This document shows, in pieces, positions 34,693 through 43,524 of a DNA stretch of 64,000 bases. Made by a program: the position numbers and the translations under genes. Position 1 is the first letter of the stretch, and each line of letters opens with the position of its first letter. The stretch is from Prolixibacteraceae bacterium (GTDB lineage Bacteria; Bacteroidota; Bacteroidia; Bacteroidales; Prolixibacteraceae): the NCBI GenBank assembly GCA_016649735.1, contig JAENXA010000001.1, positions 2,664 through 66,663 on the forward strand. Direction: 5' to 3'. The notes below the pieces were generated by a model that did not search any database, was not told the DNA's origin, and saw only the letters and a list, made by a program, of their open reading frames with translations.

Positions 34693-34922
34693 GACACCCC
34701 AAATCACACAAAAAGAAACCGGTTAAACTCTCTCAGAAGACTAAACTGGTAAGGATTAATCACAGGACACAAGTAGAAGTGCCTGTAGCCGTCCCTGATG
34801 ATGTGGCAATAGAAAGATACTATCAAAGGCACACCACTGCTGTAAGGCCTCCTATTGTTGCTGATGTGGAAGAACTGGAAGAGGCAATCATTGATGAAGA
34901 TGTATTACCAGAAGAAGAATAA
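34689..34922 (+). CDS. hypothetical protein (GTG start)
   Basis: 77 aa with no in-frame ATG. GTG 34689 overlaps the upstream stop. Basic N-terminus and acidic C-terminus. Confidence 0.3.
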   Translation: MRHPKSHKKKPVKLSQKTKLVRINHRTQVEVPVAVPDDVAIERYYQRHTTAVRPPIVADVEELEEAIIDEDVLPEEE

Positions 34923-34924
34923 TT

Positions 34925-35077
34925 ATGGACAAAAGACTATTTTCATTTTTAAAAGATCGTAAGATATTCACCGATGGAGGACATAAGAGCTTCCGTGAAT
35001 ACATGGACGCCAAAGAGCGAAACACGGAATGGAATGATCGTGCTCGTAAAGGACACAAGAAAGCCAAACATAAATAG
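34925..35077 (+). CDS. possible 50-aa basic protein
   Basis: MDKRLFSFLKDRKIFTDGGHKSFREYMDAKERNTEWNDRARKGHKKAKHK. Confidence 0.3.
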   Translation: MDKRLFSFLKDRKIFTDGGHKSFREYMDAKERNTEWNDRARKGHKKAKHK

Positions 35078-35152
35078 ATTTGGAAATTAAACTTACATTT
35101 CATACTTTTGAAGTGTTATAACGGGGATATTCCCACAAAACAACAAAAACAA

Positions 35153-35542
35153 ATGCGCATGAAAAAAATGCTAATCCTCGCACTGATCGCACTCTTTTAC
35201 ATTGTGTCCAGTGCTATGGTGCCGCCTCAAACGGTGCCTGTTGACAATGATGTTGGCTATTCGTTAATTGCGAATCAGAACACATCAATAGTAATAATTC
35301 TTCCTGTTCAAAGCCCGGTCATTGCCGGAGATGTAAATTACATTTTAGACAGAGGGGTCAGTGTACCATATCGGGGTCTGATTAATCAGGACATTATAAC
35401 TTTTAATGATTCCGAAAGTTTTGAATATAATTTATACTATACTATTGACGAGCTTGATTTAAAGTTCCCGACTTTGACAGGATTTGAAGATCAACCAGAT
35501 AAGTACCCGTTCGCCTCTGACCTCGGACTTAGGCATAGCTAA
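35153..35542 (+). CDS. exported hypothetical protein
   Basis: The track start is TTG, so ATG 35153 is used (MRMKKMLILALIALFYIVSSAM signal peptide). Confidence 0.5.
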   Translation: MRMKKMLILALIALFYIVSSAMVPPQTVPVDNDVGYSLIANQNTSIVIILPVQSPVIAGDVNYILDRGVSVPYRGLINQDIITFNDSESFEYNLYYTIDELDLKFPTLTGFEDQPDKYPFASDLGLRHS

Positions 35543-35563
35543 GCGAATAAGTATTTGAAATAC

Positions 35564-35600
35564 AAAAACCCTCTCATTGATTTGAGGGGGTTTCTTTTTT
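35564..35600. terminator. bidirectional intrinsic terminator
   Basis: AAAAA-CCCTC (35569-35573) ... GAGGG(GG) (35584-35590) followed by TTTCTTTTTT, between convergent genes. Confidence 0.65.
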
Positions 35601-35614
35601 CTGTGCAAGTCCGG

Positions 35615-36097
35615 TTATTTAAACGAATCCCAAAATTCAGCATTTAAATGCCCTACAATCAATTCTACATCTCTCATGGGATACTTATATCCAATGATGT
35701 GCTTATATGTGAAAGGAAAGTGTTTCTTATATATCACAAGCAATTCCGCTTTAAGATCATCAATGGCTTTCCAGTTAGCCGTGGCTTTCCCTCCTGTGCG
35801 TTCCTCTATATCCAGAGCATAATGTATAAGCGATTCAGGGGTGCATTGTAAGTACAAAGCCCGTTCACCAGGTGTCAACAAAACAATGTTTCCACAGTAA
35901 AATCTAAAATTCGGATAGTCTTTTACCGGAATAATATTCAAAAAGCAATTCTTCCATAGTGGTGTGCGGTAAAAATCCCGTAGCCAAAGTCCTGACACGA
36001 ATGATTTGTTAGGCACACGCTTCCATATCTCCTGGAATATCAAAGTCTCCGCTACTTCAGATGCCCTTGGCGGTGTTATCTCGTGAAAATTATTCAT
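35615..36097 (-). CDS. hypothetical protein (paralog of 38377-38871)
   Basis: Shared block: SGLWLRDFYRTPLWKNCFLNIIPVKDYPNFRF..NIVLLTPGE versus TGMRLNGFYGTDLWVNCFLHILPKKNYTYFKL..NIAIAYPEF. Confidence 0.5.
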   Translation of the reverse strand: MNNFHEITPPRASEVAETLIFQEIWKRVPNKSFVSGLWLRDFYRTPLWKNCFLNIIPVKDYPNFRFYCGNIVLLTPGERALYLQCTPESLIHYALDIEERTGGKATANWKAIDDLKAELLVIYKKHFPFTYKHIIGYKYPMRDVELIVGHLNAEFWDSFK

Positions 36098-36121
36098 AGC
36101 TTAATATAATTTACTTTTGTA

Positions 36122-36583
36122 TTAGGAGTTATTCTCAAAATAAAATACAATAGGCTTAATGTTCTCTTTCACAAGTCCATAACGCTTTGCGATCTTGTAT
36201 TGCGTATTCAGTTCATTCAGATGTTTCATAAATCCTTGAATAAGCTGTCTAAAATCTTCAAGACTCATTGAATGCTTATTAATATTACAACTCGCACAGG
36301 CTGGCATTTGATTTTCAATAACAAGTCTTTCGGGATATTCACATCCATCTGGAAGATATGCCGATACTACATACTTCCATTTTTCAGGATTCCTTACTAC
36401 CGCTCTGTTTGATGTTGTGTTTTCTCCTGTTTCTAAGTTAATCCAGTGTGATGCAATGTATTTATATTTCCTCTTGCATGGCATTAATTCATCAACGTGC
36501 CATCCCTTTTGTAATTCACAACCGCAATAAGCACAATGACCATTGAATTTATCAAATATTATTTTTCTGTCCTTTTGGTTCAT
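36122..36583 (-). CDS. HNH endonuclease
   Basis: GHCAYCGCEL...WHVDELMPC...ACASCNINKH. Confidence 0.7.
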   Translation of the reverse strand: MNQKDRKIIFDKFNGHCAYCGCELQKGWHVDELMPCKRKYKYIASHWINLETGENTTSNRAVVRNPEKWKYVVSAYLPDGCEYPERLVIENQMPACASCNINKHSMSLEDFRQLIQGFMKHLNELNTQYKIAKRYGLVKENIKPIVFYFENNS

Positions 36584-36630
36584 CTTATTGACTTTTTGGT
36601 TTATACTCTACACACCCTGAAATAATTGAG

Positions 36631-36897
36631 TTATTCTCCTTTTGGTTTATCAATTTGACGTTCTTTCATCAACATGTCAATGACTTCGAGTACATCTTTA
36701 AGACAAGTATTATTCCAAACCGTATCAAATTCAAGGTTAGGTGTAAAACAATATTGCCTCCATGCTCCGTACCACTCAATATAAGCAAGCAAATAACCTG
36801 ATGATTTATTAATTACTGCGATAGTTTTGGTTTTTTTATTATATCCCTTTGATTCATCAGAGAAATATAAATACTTTGTTTGTTTAATTATTTTCAT
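36631..36897 (-). CDS. hypothetical protein
   Basis: Start moved to ATG 36895-36897 (MKIIKQTKYLYFSDE...). Confidence 0.45.
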   Translation of the reverse strand: MKIIKQTKYLYFSDESKGYNKKTKTIAVINKSSGYLLAYIEWYGAWRQYCFTPNLEFDTVWNNTCLKDVLEVIDMLMKERQIDKPKGE

Positions 36898-36898
36898 C

Positions 36899-37246
36899 TT
36901 ATTTATTTTTAATTGGATACACACCGCAGTTTGGAATACACCTATTCGACTTAACTTTGTCGTTAGTACATTTGTTACGTCCCTGGGCTTCATCTCTGAA
37001 ATCGCAGGATAATGGACTATCTGATTCGTAATAAAACTTATCAATTACGACATCTTTCGGTTCCTGTCCTTTCCACCACCATTCGCCTCCTGTAGTCATG
37101 TGTGTATCATTCTCGGTTGTGACTAATACTTTCGTTTCTACAGCGAGATAATAAAGAACACTATCATCGAGATAGCAATCTCCCGGCTCCTCTTTGTTAA
37201 TTGCAGCGCAAAATATTCTACCGTTTTTTCTTATTCTTGCTCCCAT
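36899..37246 (-). CDS. hypothetical protein
   Basis: 115-aa ATG ORF. Confidence 0.45.
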   Translation of the reverse strand: MGARIRKNGRIFCAAINKEEPGDCYLDDSVLYYLAVETKVLVTTENDTHMTTGGEWWWKGQEPKDVVIDKFYYESDSPLSCDFRDEAQGRNKCTNDKVKSNRCIPNCGVYPIKNK

Positions 37247-37249
37247 GGG

Positions 37250-37411
37250 TTACTTCTTATTTATTTCATCTCTTATTTCTAGTACGCCTGACCAAAAGAA
37301 ACAATTAAGACAAATAGCTATTTCAATCAGAGTTTGTGCATTTAATTCTGGATTAACACACCAGATGAATCCAAGAGAAATTATTCCAATAAATACTAAT
37401 AGATATTTCAT
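37250..37411 (-). CDS. possible 53-aa two-pass membrane protein
   Basis: Below the track cutoff: MKYLLVFIGIISLGFIWCVNPELNAQTLIEIAICLNCFFWSGVLEIRDEINKK. It fills the gap between same-strand genes. Confidence 0.4.
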   Translation of the reverse strand: MKYLLVFIGIISLGFIWCVNPELNAQTLIEIAICLNCFFWSGVLEIRDEINKK

Positions 37412-37416
37412 AATTG

Positions 37417-37599
37417 TTAATTAATTACAATCCCTTCATTTTTAGTACTAAGCACGCCCCTGTTATAAATAAATTTTGCTAATACTTCAGGTGTTGATTC
37501 TTCTCCAAGAATGAAGTATCCAAACCAATACGACTTCCAAACATTGTCATTAGGATTTTCAAAACCCATTTTTAACAAAATTTCCTGTGTCTCTTTCAT
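37417..37599 (-). CDS. hypothetical protein
   Basis: 60-aa ATG ORF, start/stop coupled. Confidence 0.4.
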   Translation of the reverse strand: MKETQEILLKMGFENPNDNVWKSYWFGYFILGEESTPEVLAKFIYNRGVLSTKNEGIVIN

Positions 37600-37841
37600 A
37601 ATTTCACTTTATCAATAAACCATACAATTTCTTCACAAAACGTCACTTGTTTACCTAATGAGTCAGGATATAACTCTTCTGCAAGAGATTGAATTTTAGC
37701 ATCCGTTATAAAAACTACTTTTGCCATCTCTATAAACTCCACGATATCAGAATCATGAAACCACACAGGATAAAGCCCATTTCTGTGGGGGATAATTCCT
37801 GTTGTTTCTCCAATTCTACCCTCAATACTTACTTTTTTCAT
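37596..37841 (-). CDS. hypothetical protein
   Basis: 81-aa ATG ORF. Confidence 0.45.
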   Translation of the reverse strand: MKKVSIEGRIGETTGIIPHRNGLYPVWFHDSDIVEFIEMAKVVFITDAKIQSLAEELYPDSLGKQVTFCEEIVWFIDKVKL

Positions 37842-37844
37842 ATC

Positions 37845-38363
37845 TTATTTAGTTTTAGTGTTTACAATATTGCCATCTCTCGTTGCTTTTGCACCCTCAA
37901 TAAATACTTCTTTAATAAGATATGATATTTCTGTAGGAGTATATACGTTTGAATCTTTTACATCAAAACATTGATCTTTAGTGTAAGCAATGGCAGTATT
38001 AACAATTTCTTCATCACTCGGCAAACTAACCGGAGATTGAGAAGCGTATTCGTGCATTGCGTCCCAAAAAGTATGTATTTCATTTGAGGTCAAGCAAGTT
38101 TTATTTACTTTCTGATGTTTTAAAAGTATTGGATAAAATCCTTTTATGTCCGCTCCTTTCACTTCTCCCTTTACTGGCTCCTGTTTGAGGGCTGCGAGTT
38201 CTGATTCAATCCATTTAAGCCGCTTTTCCATTTTTATATACATTGAATTTAATGTGCTTTCTAAACTTAATTGCACCATCCAATGTTCAAGAAAAAACTG
38301 CTCACTTAAAAACATCCTTTCTTTGTCTTTGTTTTTCATCTCTCTGTTATTTATTAAATACAT
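37845..38363 (-). CDS. hypothetical protein
   Basis: 172-aa ATG ORF. Confidence 0.45.
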   Translation of the reverse strand: MYLINNREMKNKDKERMFLSEQFFLEHWMVQLSLESTLNSMYIKMEKRLKWIESELAALKQEPVKGEVKGADIKGFYPILLKHQKVNKTCLTSNEIHTFWDAMHEYASQSPVSLPSDEEIVNTAIAYTKDQCFDVKDSNVYTPTEISYLIKEVFIEGAKATRDGNIVNTKTK

Positions 38364-38376
38364 CTTCTAACTTTAA

Positions 38377-38871
38377 TCATGCAAGTAAATTCTTCTGCTT
38401 AAACACGGCGTACTCCGCTTTCATTGCTATTACACGTGCGTCCCATAGATCAAATCTCCATGTCGGATGTTCTGCACGTTCCTTCTGCGTTCCTGCATCC
38501 ACGATACGATGAAACTCTGGATAAGCTATGGCAATATTTGCCGGGTTTAGTTTGAAGTATGTGTAATTCTTTTTAGGAAGGATGTGCAGGAAGCAATTTA
38601 CCCATAAATCAGTGCCATAGAAGCCATTTAAGCGCATCCCAGTGAATGGGCATATTATGTAACCCTTTTCATCGCCTGCGTTCTCCCATAGTGCGTGAAA
38701 CATGCTCAGCTGATCTTCAAAGCCAAAGTCTATTGTAGATATTCGCTCCTTTGCGGTGTGTGGTGCAATATTCTTAGGCTTTTTGTCCTCACGCAATCGT
38801 TGATGGTAGGTGCAGAACCCGCCACCCCATCTTGGTCTATAACATCCTTCCGCATTACAAGTATGTGCCAT
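38377..38871 (-). CDS. hypothetical protein with N-terminal Cys/His cluster (paralog of 35615-36097)
   Basis: CNAEGCYRPRWGGGFCTYH, then the shared block described for 35615-36097. Confidence 0.5.
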   Translation of the reverse strand: MAHTCNAEGCYRPRWGGGFCTYHQRLREDKKPKNIAPHTAKERISTIDFGFEDQLSMFHALWENAGDEKGYIICPFTGMRLNGFYGTDLWVNCFLHILPKKNYTYFKLNPANIAIAYPEFHRIVDAGTQKERAEHPTWRFDLWDARVIAMKAEYAVFKQKNLLA

Positions 38872-39212
38872 TATTCCTCATTTCTTACTGCGTAAACCAA
38901 CTCACAAATAAAATTACCCGCACCAAGGGCACCAAAAACACCTATTACAGCAAATAACCACCAAGGCGAGAAAATTATTATGTAAAATAGACTCAACAGA
39001 AGTGCAACCCATGGGGTCACGCAAAAACTACATCTGATGAATTTAACAAGCATCGAATCCGATACGTATGAAATAAGATGCCGGTTATTGACCCGATCGA
39101 GATACTTCCCAAACTTACGGAATATCATGTTCTTCTTTATAAGTCGAGTCCAAAAAGTTGCTATCATGCCGGATAATAGCCCTAAAAACATCATTAAGAT
39201 TATGTGATTCAT
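38871..39212 (-). CDS. multi-pass membrane protein
   Basis: The track start is TTG, so ATG 39210-39212 is used (MNHIILMMFLGLLSGMIATFW...). 3-4 hydrophobic helices. Confidence 0.45.
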   Translation of the reverse strand: MNHIILMMFLGLLSGMIATFWTRLIKKNMIFRKFGKYLDRVNNRHLISYVSDSMLVKFIRCSFCVTPWVALLLSLFYIIIFSPWWLFAVIGVFGALGAGNFICELVYAVRNEE

Positions 39213-39319
39213 AGTTTTAAATTTAATTGTTAATAAAAAAGGAGGCTCTTCCAATCATCTCGATCTTTGTAGCCTCCCTGTTTCTTTCGCAGTAATCAAA
39301 AGAAGTAGCTACAAATATA

Positions 39320-40957
39320 CTACTTATTTGCGTTAAGTAATAAATTTATTTCCTCCACGCTCGCAAGTTTCAGGAACATTTCTTTATCCGCATATTTCGC
39401 CTGCATCCCTGTATTTGAAATGAGGGTCATAAAAACCGGAGTAGTTATCTGAGGTGTGATACCCATGAGCTTATTGAAAAGTTGTTTTACAAGCGAGAAA
39501 TCCCTTGGTGTCTCTGCAGGTATCTCAATTTTGTATTTGTTCCCGGATTCAACTTTAACCTCAGACTTGGTTTCCTCTTTCTTTATTGGCTCATTACTCA
39601 GAAACGCATCAATCTTTGCCTCTTCTGTGGCTTTGTCAAGCTCTTTATTAACGGGTATCTCTCCTGCCTGAGTATTTGCAACCGGTTCTTTTGCTACGGC
39701 TGATGCCTTCTCTTGTTTCTCCCTCTCTTCATTTGCTTTCAGATATGGTGCTACGTGAGCATCCAATTTGCCTTCCTGGTGAGCAAATATTATTTCCCTG
39801 AGTTTCTTATTGGTGTTCTTGCCACCTATTATCTCAGACGCTTCCATCATATCCATGTCTTCCATGACAATCTTTAGCAGTATAGGTGTCTCCATCTTCT
39901 CCATGCCATCGAGAGTGTACTGTCCGGGAACTTCTGGTGCAGCATCATCTTTCTTCACACCGTCAATCTCATCCATGTTGGTGATGTTATTCTGCTCATC
40001 CCTGATGACTTGTACTCCATTCATGTATTCTGCCGATCCTTTACCTGCAATGAACGGTGACTCGTCTTTGTCCTTGCCTGTTGTCTCAAGTGCATCCATA
40101 TCCTCTTTAAAGGTTGTTTGAACTTCTGGCTTTGGTTCATCCACGATTGTGGCCTCTTGGATATTCTCATTTCCTACCTTGCCGAATTTGTTGTCAGGAA
40201 TCTTGTCAGCAACACGGTCAGTCATCTTTGTTGAACGTGATTTTGAATGTTCCTTATCCGGAATGATGATCTTCGCACCAGATTCGGTTTCAATCACCTC
40301 AGTAACGTCACGGTCAATATCGACTGCCTCCTCTGTGGTGTACATATTAAGAAGTACGTCTGAAAACAAGTCACGTGCAATATTGCCTAACGCCCGATAA
40401 TTCAACATCCTGTCAGGAGTTTTATACCATGCAGATTTTTGGTGCTTCCATCCGTCCTGTCCTTCTGCCATTTGTTTTGTCACCCATAGACCCATCCTCT
40501 TTGCTTTGTCAACAGAGAAGGTACGAGTTAATGTGATGCCATTATCCTCCCTCGTAGCTGTGATAGACACAACCATATCCTCATTCTCGATACTGCCCGT
40601 AACAGTCTCTTTCCATGAGTCCTTTCTTAGCTTACCGGATGCAAATATCATGGTCTTTGCAAGGTCTCCTTTGATGGAGAGCAAGCCATTAACCGGGACT
40701 ATATGCTGTAATCCGGTCATAGGTGGCACGTTCAGCTGCTGTGCCTGTAATAACACAATCACCACTGCTGATGTCTTTCCTTTGGTGTAATCCGGTTTCT
40801 TGTCAAGTCCTTTCTCGTAATAGGAGTCAGGCACGAGTTTGCTTTCCAGCAGCATGTTTGCGAACTGCTTCATACCTTCAATACTGTCATACGCCTGTTC
40901 TACAAATTTCGGAAGTTTAGCTCCCGCTGATTTTACTAATCCTGTTTCATTTTCCAT
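39320..40957 (-). CDS. RecT-like single-strand annealing protein with long acidic C-terminal extension
   Basis: N-terminal ~215 aa: QAQQLNVPPMTGLQHIVPVNGLLSIKGDLAKTM... and WYKTPDRMLNYRALGNIARDLFSDVL fit the RecT/Bet-type pattern. About 330 further residues have no counterpart. Confidence 0.6.
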   Translation of the reverse strand: MENETGLVKSAGAKLPKFVEQAYDSIEGMKQFANMLLESKLVPDSYYEKGLDKKPDYTKGKTSAVVIVLLQAQQLNVPPMTGLQHIVPVNGLLSIKGDLAKTMIFASGKLRKDSWKETVTGSIENEDMVVSITATREDNGITLTRTFSVDKAKRMGLWVTKQMAEGQDGWKHQKSAWYKTPDRMLNYRALGNIARDLFSDVLLNMYTTEEAVDIDRDVTEVIETESGAKIIIPDKEHSKSRSTKMTDRVADKIPDNKFGKVGNENIQEATIVDEPKPEVQTTFKEDMDALETTGKDKDESPFIAGKGSAEYMNGVQVIRDEQNNITNMDEIDGVKKDDAAPEVPGQYTLDGMEKMETPILLKIVMEDMDMMEASEIIGGKNTNKKLREIIFAHQEGKLDAHVAPYLKANEEREKQEKASAVAKEPVANTQAGEIPVNKELDKATEEAKIDAFLSNEPIKKEETKSEVKVESGNKYKIEIPAETPRDFSLVKQLFNKLMGITPQITTPVFMTLISNTGMQAKYADKEMFLKLASVEEINLLLNANK

Positions 40958-40974
40958 TTGTCTCTGTTTTTAAA

Positions 40975-41787
40975 TTATAACTTGTAATTAATTTCTAATT
41001 GACTATCTGATCCTTTCCTTCCGCGAAGCATAACCTCAAACGAATCCCTGATTTTTCTTGCTTCCTCTATTGTTTCAGCATTCCCCCCATAGTACGATTT
41101 GCCATTACTCCCTAAGTAAATACTATATGGTCTTAATTCCCATGATCTATAAAATATCCCGTAGTCTGGACGTTTCCTTTTGTTCAATTGATTTACTCTT
41201 CTTGTTACAAATCTACAATTAGATGGCTCATAATTACCATCATTGTCCTCACGATCAATTTCTAAGGTATCTTTATATCCATGGGATAATGCCCACTCCA
41301 TGAATGGGATGAATTTCTTCCATTCCTCGCAAATAGAAATATTTCTTCCCCCGTAATTATGATAAGAACTATCATTTGGATTAGTGATTCTTTGTACCAT
41401 GGCATCCCAGACTCTATATAGCCGAGTATTAGACATTCTATGCTTAGAATGTAATTGATTTGTCATGCACCCACAATTTGCATTACGATTTTCATATTTG
41501 TATAATTGGGCAAGTGCTTTTTCTGTTATATTTCCACAATCACAGAGACATTTTACATAACGCTCCCTGCCTCCCTTATTATTCGGCTTATAAAACTCTT
41601 CAATTACGGTTACTCTGCCAAATTTTAATCCGGGATTCCCTAATAATTTTCTTTTAAATGCCATAGGTTTTACGAATAAAGTAGCCCCGATTGATAATGG
41701 CGTACCACTCAATCCGAAAAGGAGAGAATGCATTATCGCACGGGGCTGATTTATAATTTCTTTATTCATCGAATTGGTGATACGCAT
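40975..41787 (-). CDS. homing-endonuclease-like protein (HNH-family annotation type) with AP2-like C-terminus
   Basis: CLCDCGN...CGC, then RLYRVWDAMVQRITNPNDSSYHNYGGRNISICEEW...LEIDREDNDGNYEPSNCRFVT..VN. The C-terminus is YRSWELRPYSIYLGSNGKSYYGGNAETIEEA. Confidence 0.6.
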   Translation of the reverse strand: MRITNSMNKEIINQPRAIMHSLLFGLSGTPLSIGATLFVKPMAFKRKLLGNPGLKFGRVTVIEEFYKPNNKGGRERYVKCLCDCGNITEKALAQLYKYENRNANCGCMTNQLHSKHRMSNTRLYRVWDAMVQRITNPNDSSYHNYGGRNISICEEWKKFIPFMEWALSHGYKDTLEIDREDNDGNYEPSNCRFVTRRVNQLNKRKRPDYGIFYRSWELRPYSIYLGSNGKSYYGGNAETIEEARKIRDSFEVMLRGRKGSDSQLEINYKL

Positions 41788-41804
41788 TACAAAGATAATA
41801 AATA

Positions 41805-42392
41805 TTATGATTTGTAATTATATTCTGGCTGATTATTCGATACCCAACTTCTTAATCTTGGTTCGCACCAGGGTATTCCAAGAAATTCATAAAAATGCTC
41901 TTCAGTGTCAAATGCGGGAGGCAAGGTAGCGTTTGCTTTATATTCTGGCTTAATTCGCCATATATTCCCCTTATGATCACATTCGGATTTTCTTCTTAAT
42001 CCATTCTCTGTCCCACAAAAACCAATCCGGTTCCATCTTATAGCAAGCACGGCATGAGAATAAAAACTACTACCCGTCCTTATAGCAAGCTGTCTTCCGT
42101 AATCTGCCATGGTAGTTATGTAAAGCTCAATATGAAGTTCTTTCTCGGGATAATAGAACTTTTTCAGTCGTGTGCCATTGGTTGTTAATCCTGGATATCC
42201 CTCAGGAAAACATAATCCCATAGAGAACTCATCCTTGGCTACACACACAACTTCCACATCGTGACAATACCCTACTTCCCTTCTTACGCTACCTACCACG
42301 GACATCATGCTTACAAATGGCTCTAAATGCTTCATAAAACGATTTGCAATCATCTGTGCCAATTCTAATTTCATTTTTGGTCCTTCACTCAT
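41805..42392 (-). CDS. minimal family-X (Pol beta-like) nucleotidyltransferase / DNA polymerase
   Basis: 195 aa. VGSVRREVGYCHDVEVVCV (GS.RR...D.D/E), HIELYITT...LAIRTGSSFYS and EEHFYEFLGIPWCEPRLR are collinear with the palm and thumb of the minimal PolX of African swine fever virus. Confidence 0.6.
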   Translation of the reverse strand: MSEGPKMKLELAQMIANRFMKHLEPFVSMMSVVGSVRREVGYCHDVEVVCVAKDEFSMGLCFPEGYPGLTTNGTRLKKFYYPEKELHIELYITTMADYGRQLAIRTGSSFYSHAVLAIRWNRIGFCGTENGLRRKSECDHKGNIWRIKPEYKANATLPPAFDTEEHFYEFLGIPWCEPRLRSWVSNNQPEYNYKS

Positions 42393-42597
42393 GGCAAATA
42401 GAATTAAGGCAATTTCTTATGGCATCTTCTTTCGTTCCCCATACACCATTCATGCCCATGCCTTCGCAATAAGAAAGTAGGCGATGATCATATCTAACAT
42501 AATTATTACCAACAATGCCATTATCAAAAACCACTCGTTTCCATAACCATTTCCGGGAAAGTAGCCATAATTCAAATTTCGATACTTTTTTTCTCAT
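42385..42597 (-). CDS. hypothetical protein
   Basis: 70-aa ATG ORF. Confidence 0.4.
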   Translation of the reverse strand: MRKKVSKFELWLLSRKWLWKRVVFDNGIVGNNYVRYDHRLLSYCEGMGMNGVWGTKEDAIRNCLNSICHE

Positions 42598-42899
42598 TTC
42601 AGTTCAAAGTTTTTGATTAACCATTGTAGTCCTCTATTGTACCACTTGTTCTCTGCCCTGATGAGTATTCTGTTTTTCTTTGGGTAGAAGTCAAGTGTGC
42701 CAAGTCTTTTGTGTTTCATCGTGTATTTGCCCGTCTTATCATCATAGGTGACATTTACCTTCTCAAGCAGTACTTGCAGCCACCTATCTTCAAAAGTCTC
42801 TGCACGCTTCTCCCTGAGTGCCTTGGTGTGTAATCTCAGCGATTCATAGTCATTGTCTGCTGACTGTGCATCTAAATGGAGTTGTTCTGACTTTTTCAT
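42594..42899 (-). CDS. hypothetical protein
   Basis: 101-aa ATG ORF. Confidence 0.45.
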   Translation of the reverse strand: MKKSEQLHLDAQSADNDYESLRLHTKALREKRAETFEDRWLQVLLEKVNVTYDDKTGKYTMKHKRLGTLDFYPKKNRILIRAENKWYNRGLQWLIKNFELK

Positions 42900-43183
42900 T
42901 TCTTGTCTTTTAAAAGGTCATAGCCAAATAGTCTGATGACAACGGAATATCCGAAAATCACACTGCCTACATGTCCATTTCTACGACTGTAAAAACAGTC
43001 CTTTGCTTTACGGATTGATAGCCAAAGCTGTCTGTCTCTCCTTATTTTCTGCCCTGGTATATGATTTGCCTTTTCTGCCAGTTGCAGTTCGTCATCAAAT
43101 CCAAACATACGAGGGTTGGTAAAATGATTTAATTGCGGGTCGTTATGGCTTCCCTTACCTCTTTTTTCGTACCAATGTTTCAT
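42896..43183 (-). CDS. hypothetical protein
   Basis: 95-aa ATG ORF. Confidence 0.45.
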   Translation of the reverse strand: MKHWYEKRGKGSHNDPQLNHFTNPRMFGFDDELQLAEKANHIPGQKIRRDRQLWLSIRKAKDCFYSRRNGHVGSVIFGYSVVIRLFGYDLLKDKK

Positions 43184-43512
43184 TTCTGCGGATTTAGTCT
43201 GTTTAAAAAATTACGGTTGTAGGTCCAAACTCGGTTCAGTGTACCATAAGCACCGGGACGACTCTCTGAATAGTCACACTTGATAAGCCTTCCCTCTTTT
43301 GCAAGGTCTGTGATACTTCTTCGCACCGATGTCAGTAACATGTGTTCTCCAAGCTGAATATGCACTTCAAGCGGGGTGAATGACATCGAGAATCGCTGTC
43401 TGAAATAATCAAGGATCATCTCTTTCTGCTGATGTGCTTTCTCCCGTGCCTCTGGAAGTTGCTCTTCGCTTATCGGCACGGTGTCGTGGAATATGAGTTC
43501 TAATTCTCCCAT
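43180..43512 (-). CDS. winged-helix-like DNA-binding protein
   Basis: ...FTPLEVHIQLGEHMLLTSVRRSITDLAKEGRLIK...GTLNRVW shows a wHTH pattern. Confidence 0.4.
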   Translation of the reverse strand: MGELELIFHDTVPISEEQLPEAREKAHQQKEMILDYFRQRFSMSFTPLEVHIQLGEHMLLTSVRRSITDLAKEGRLIKCDYSESRPGAYGTLNRVWTYNRNFLNRLNPQK

Positions 43513-43524
43513 GATTTTATCCTC

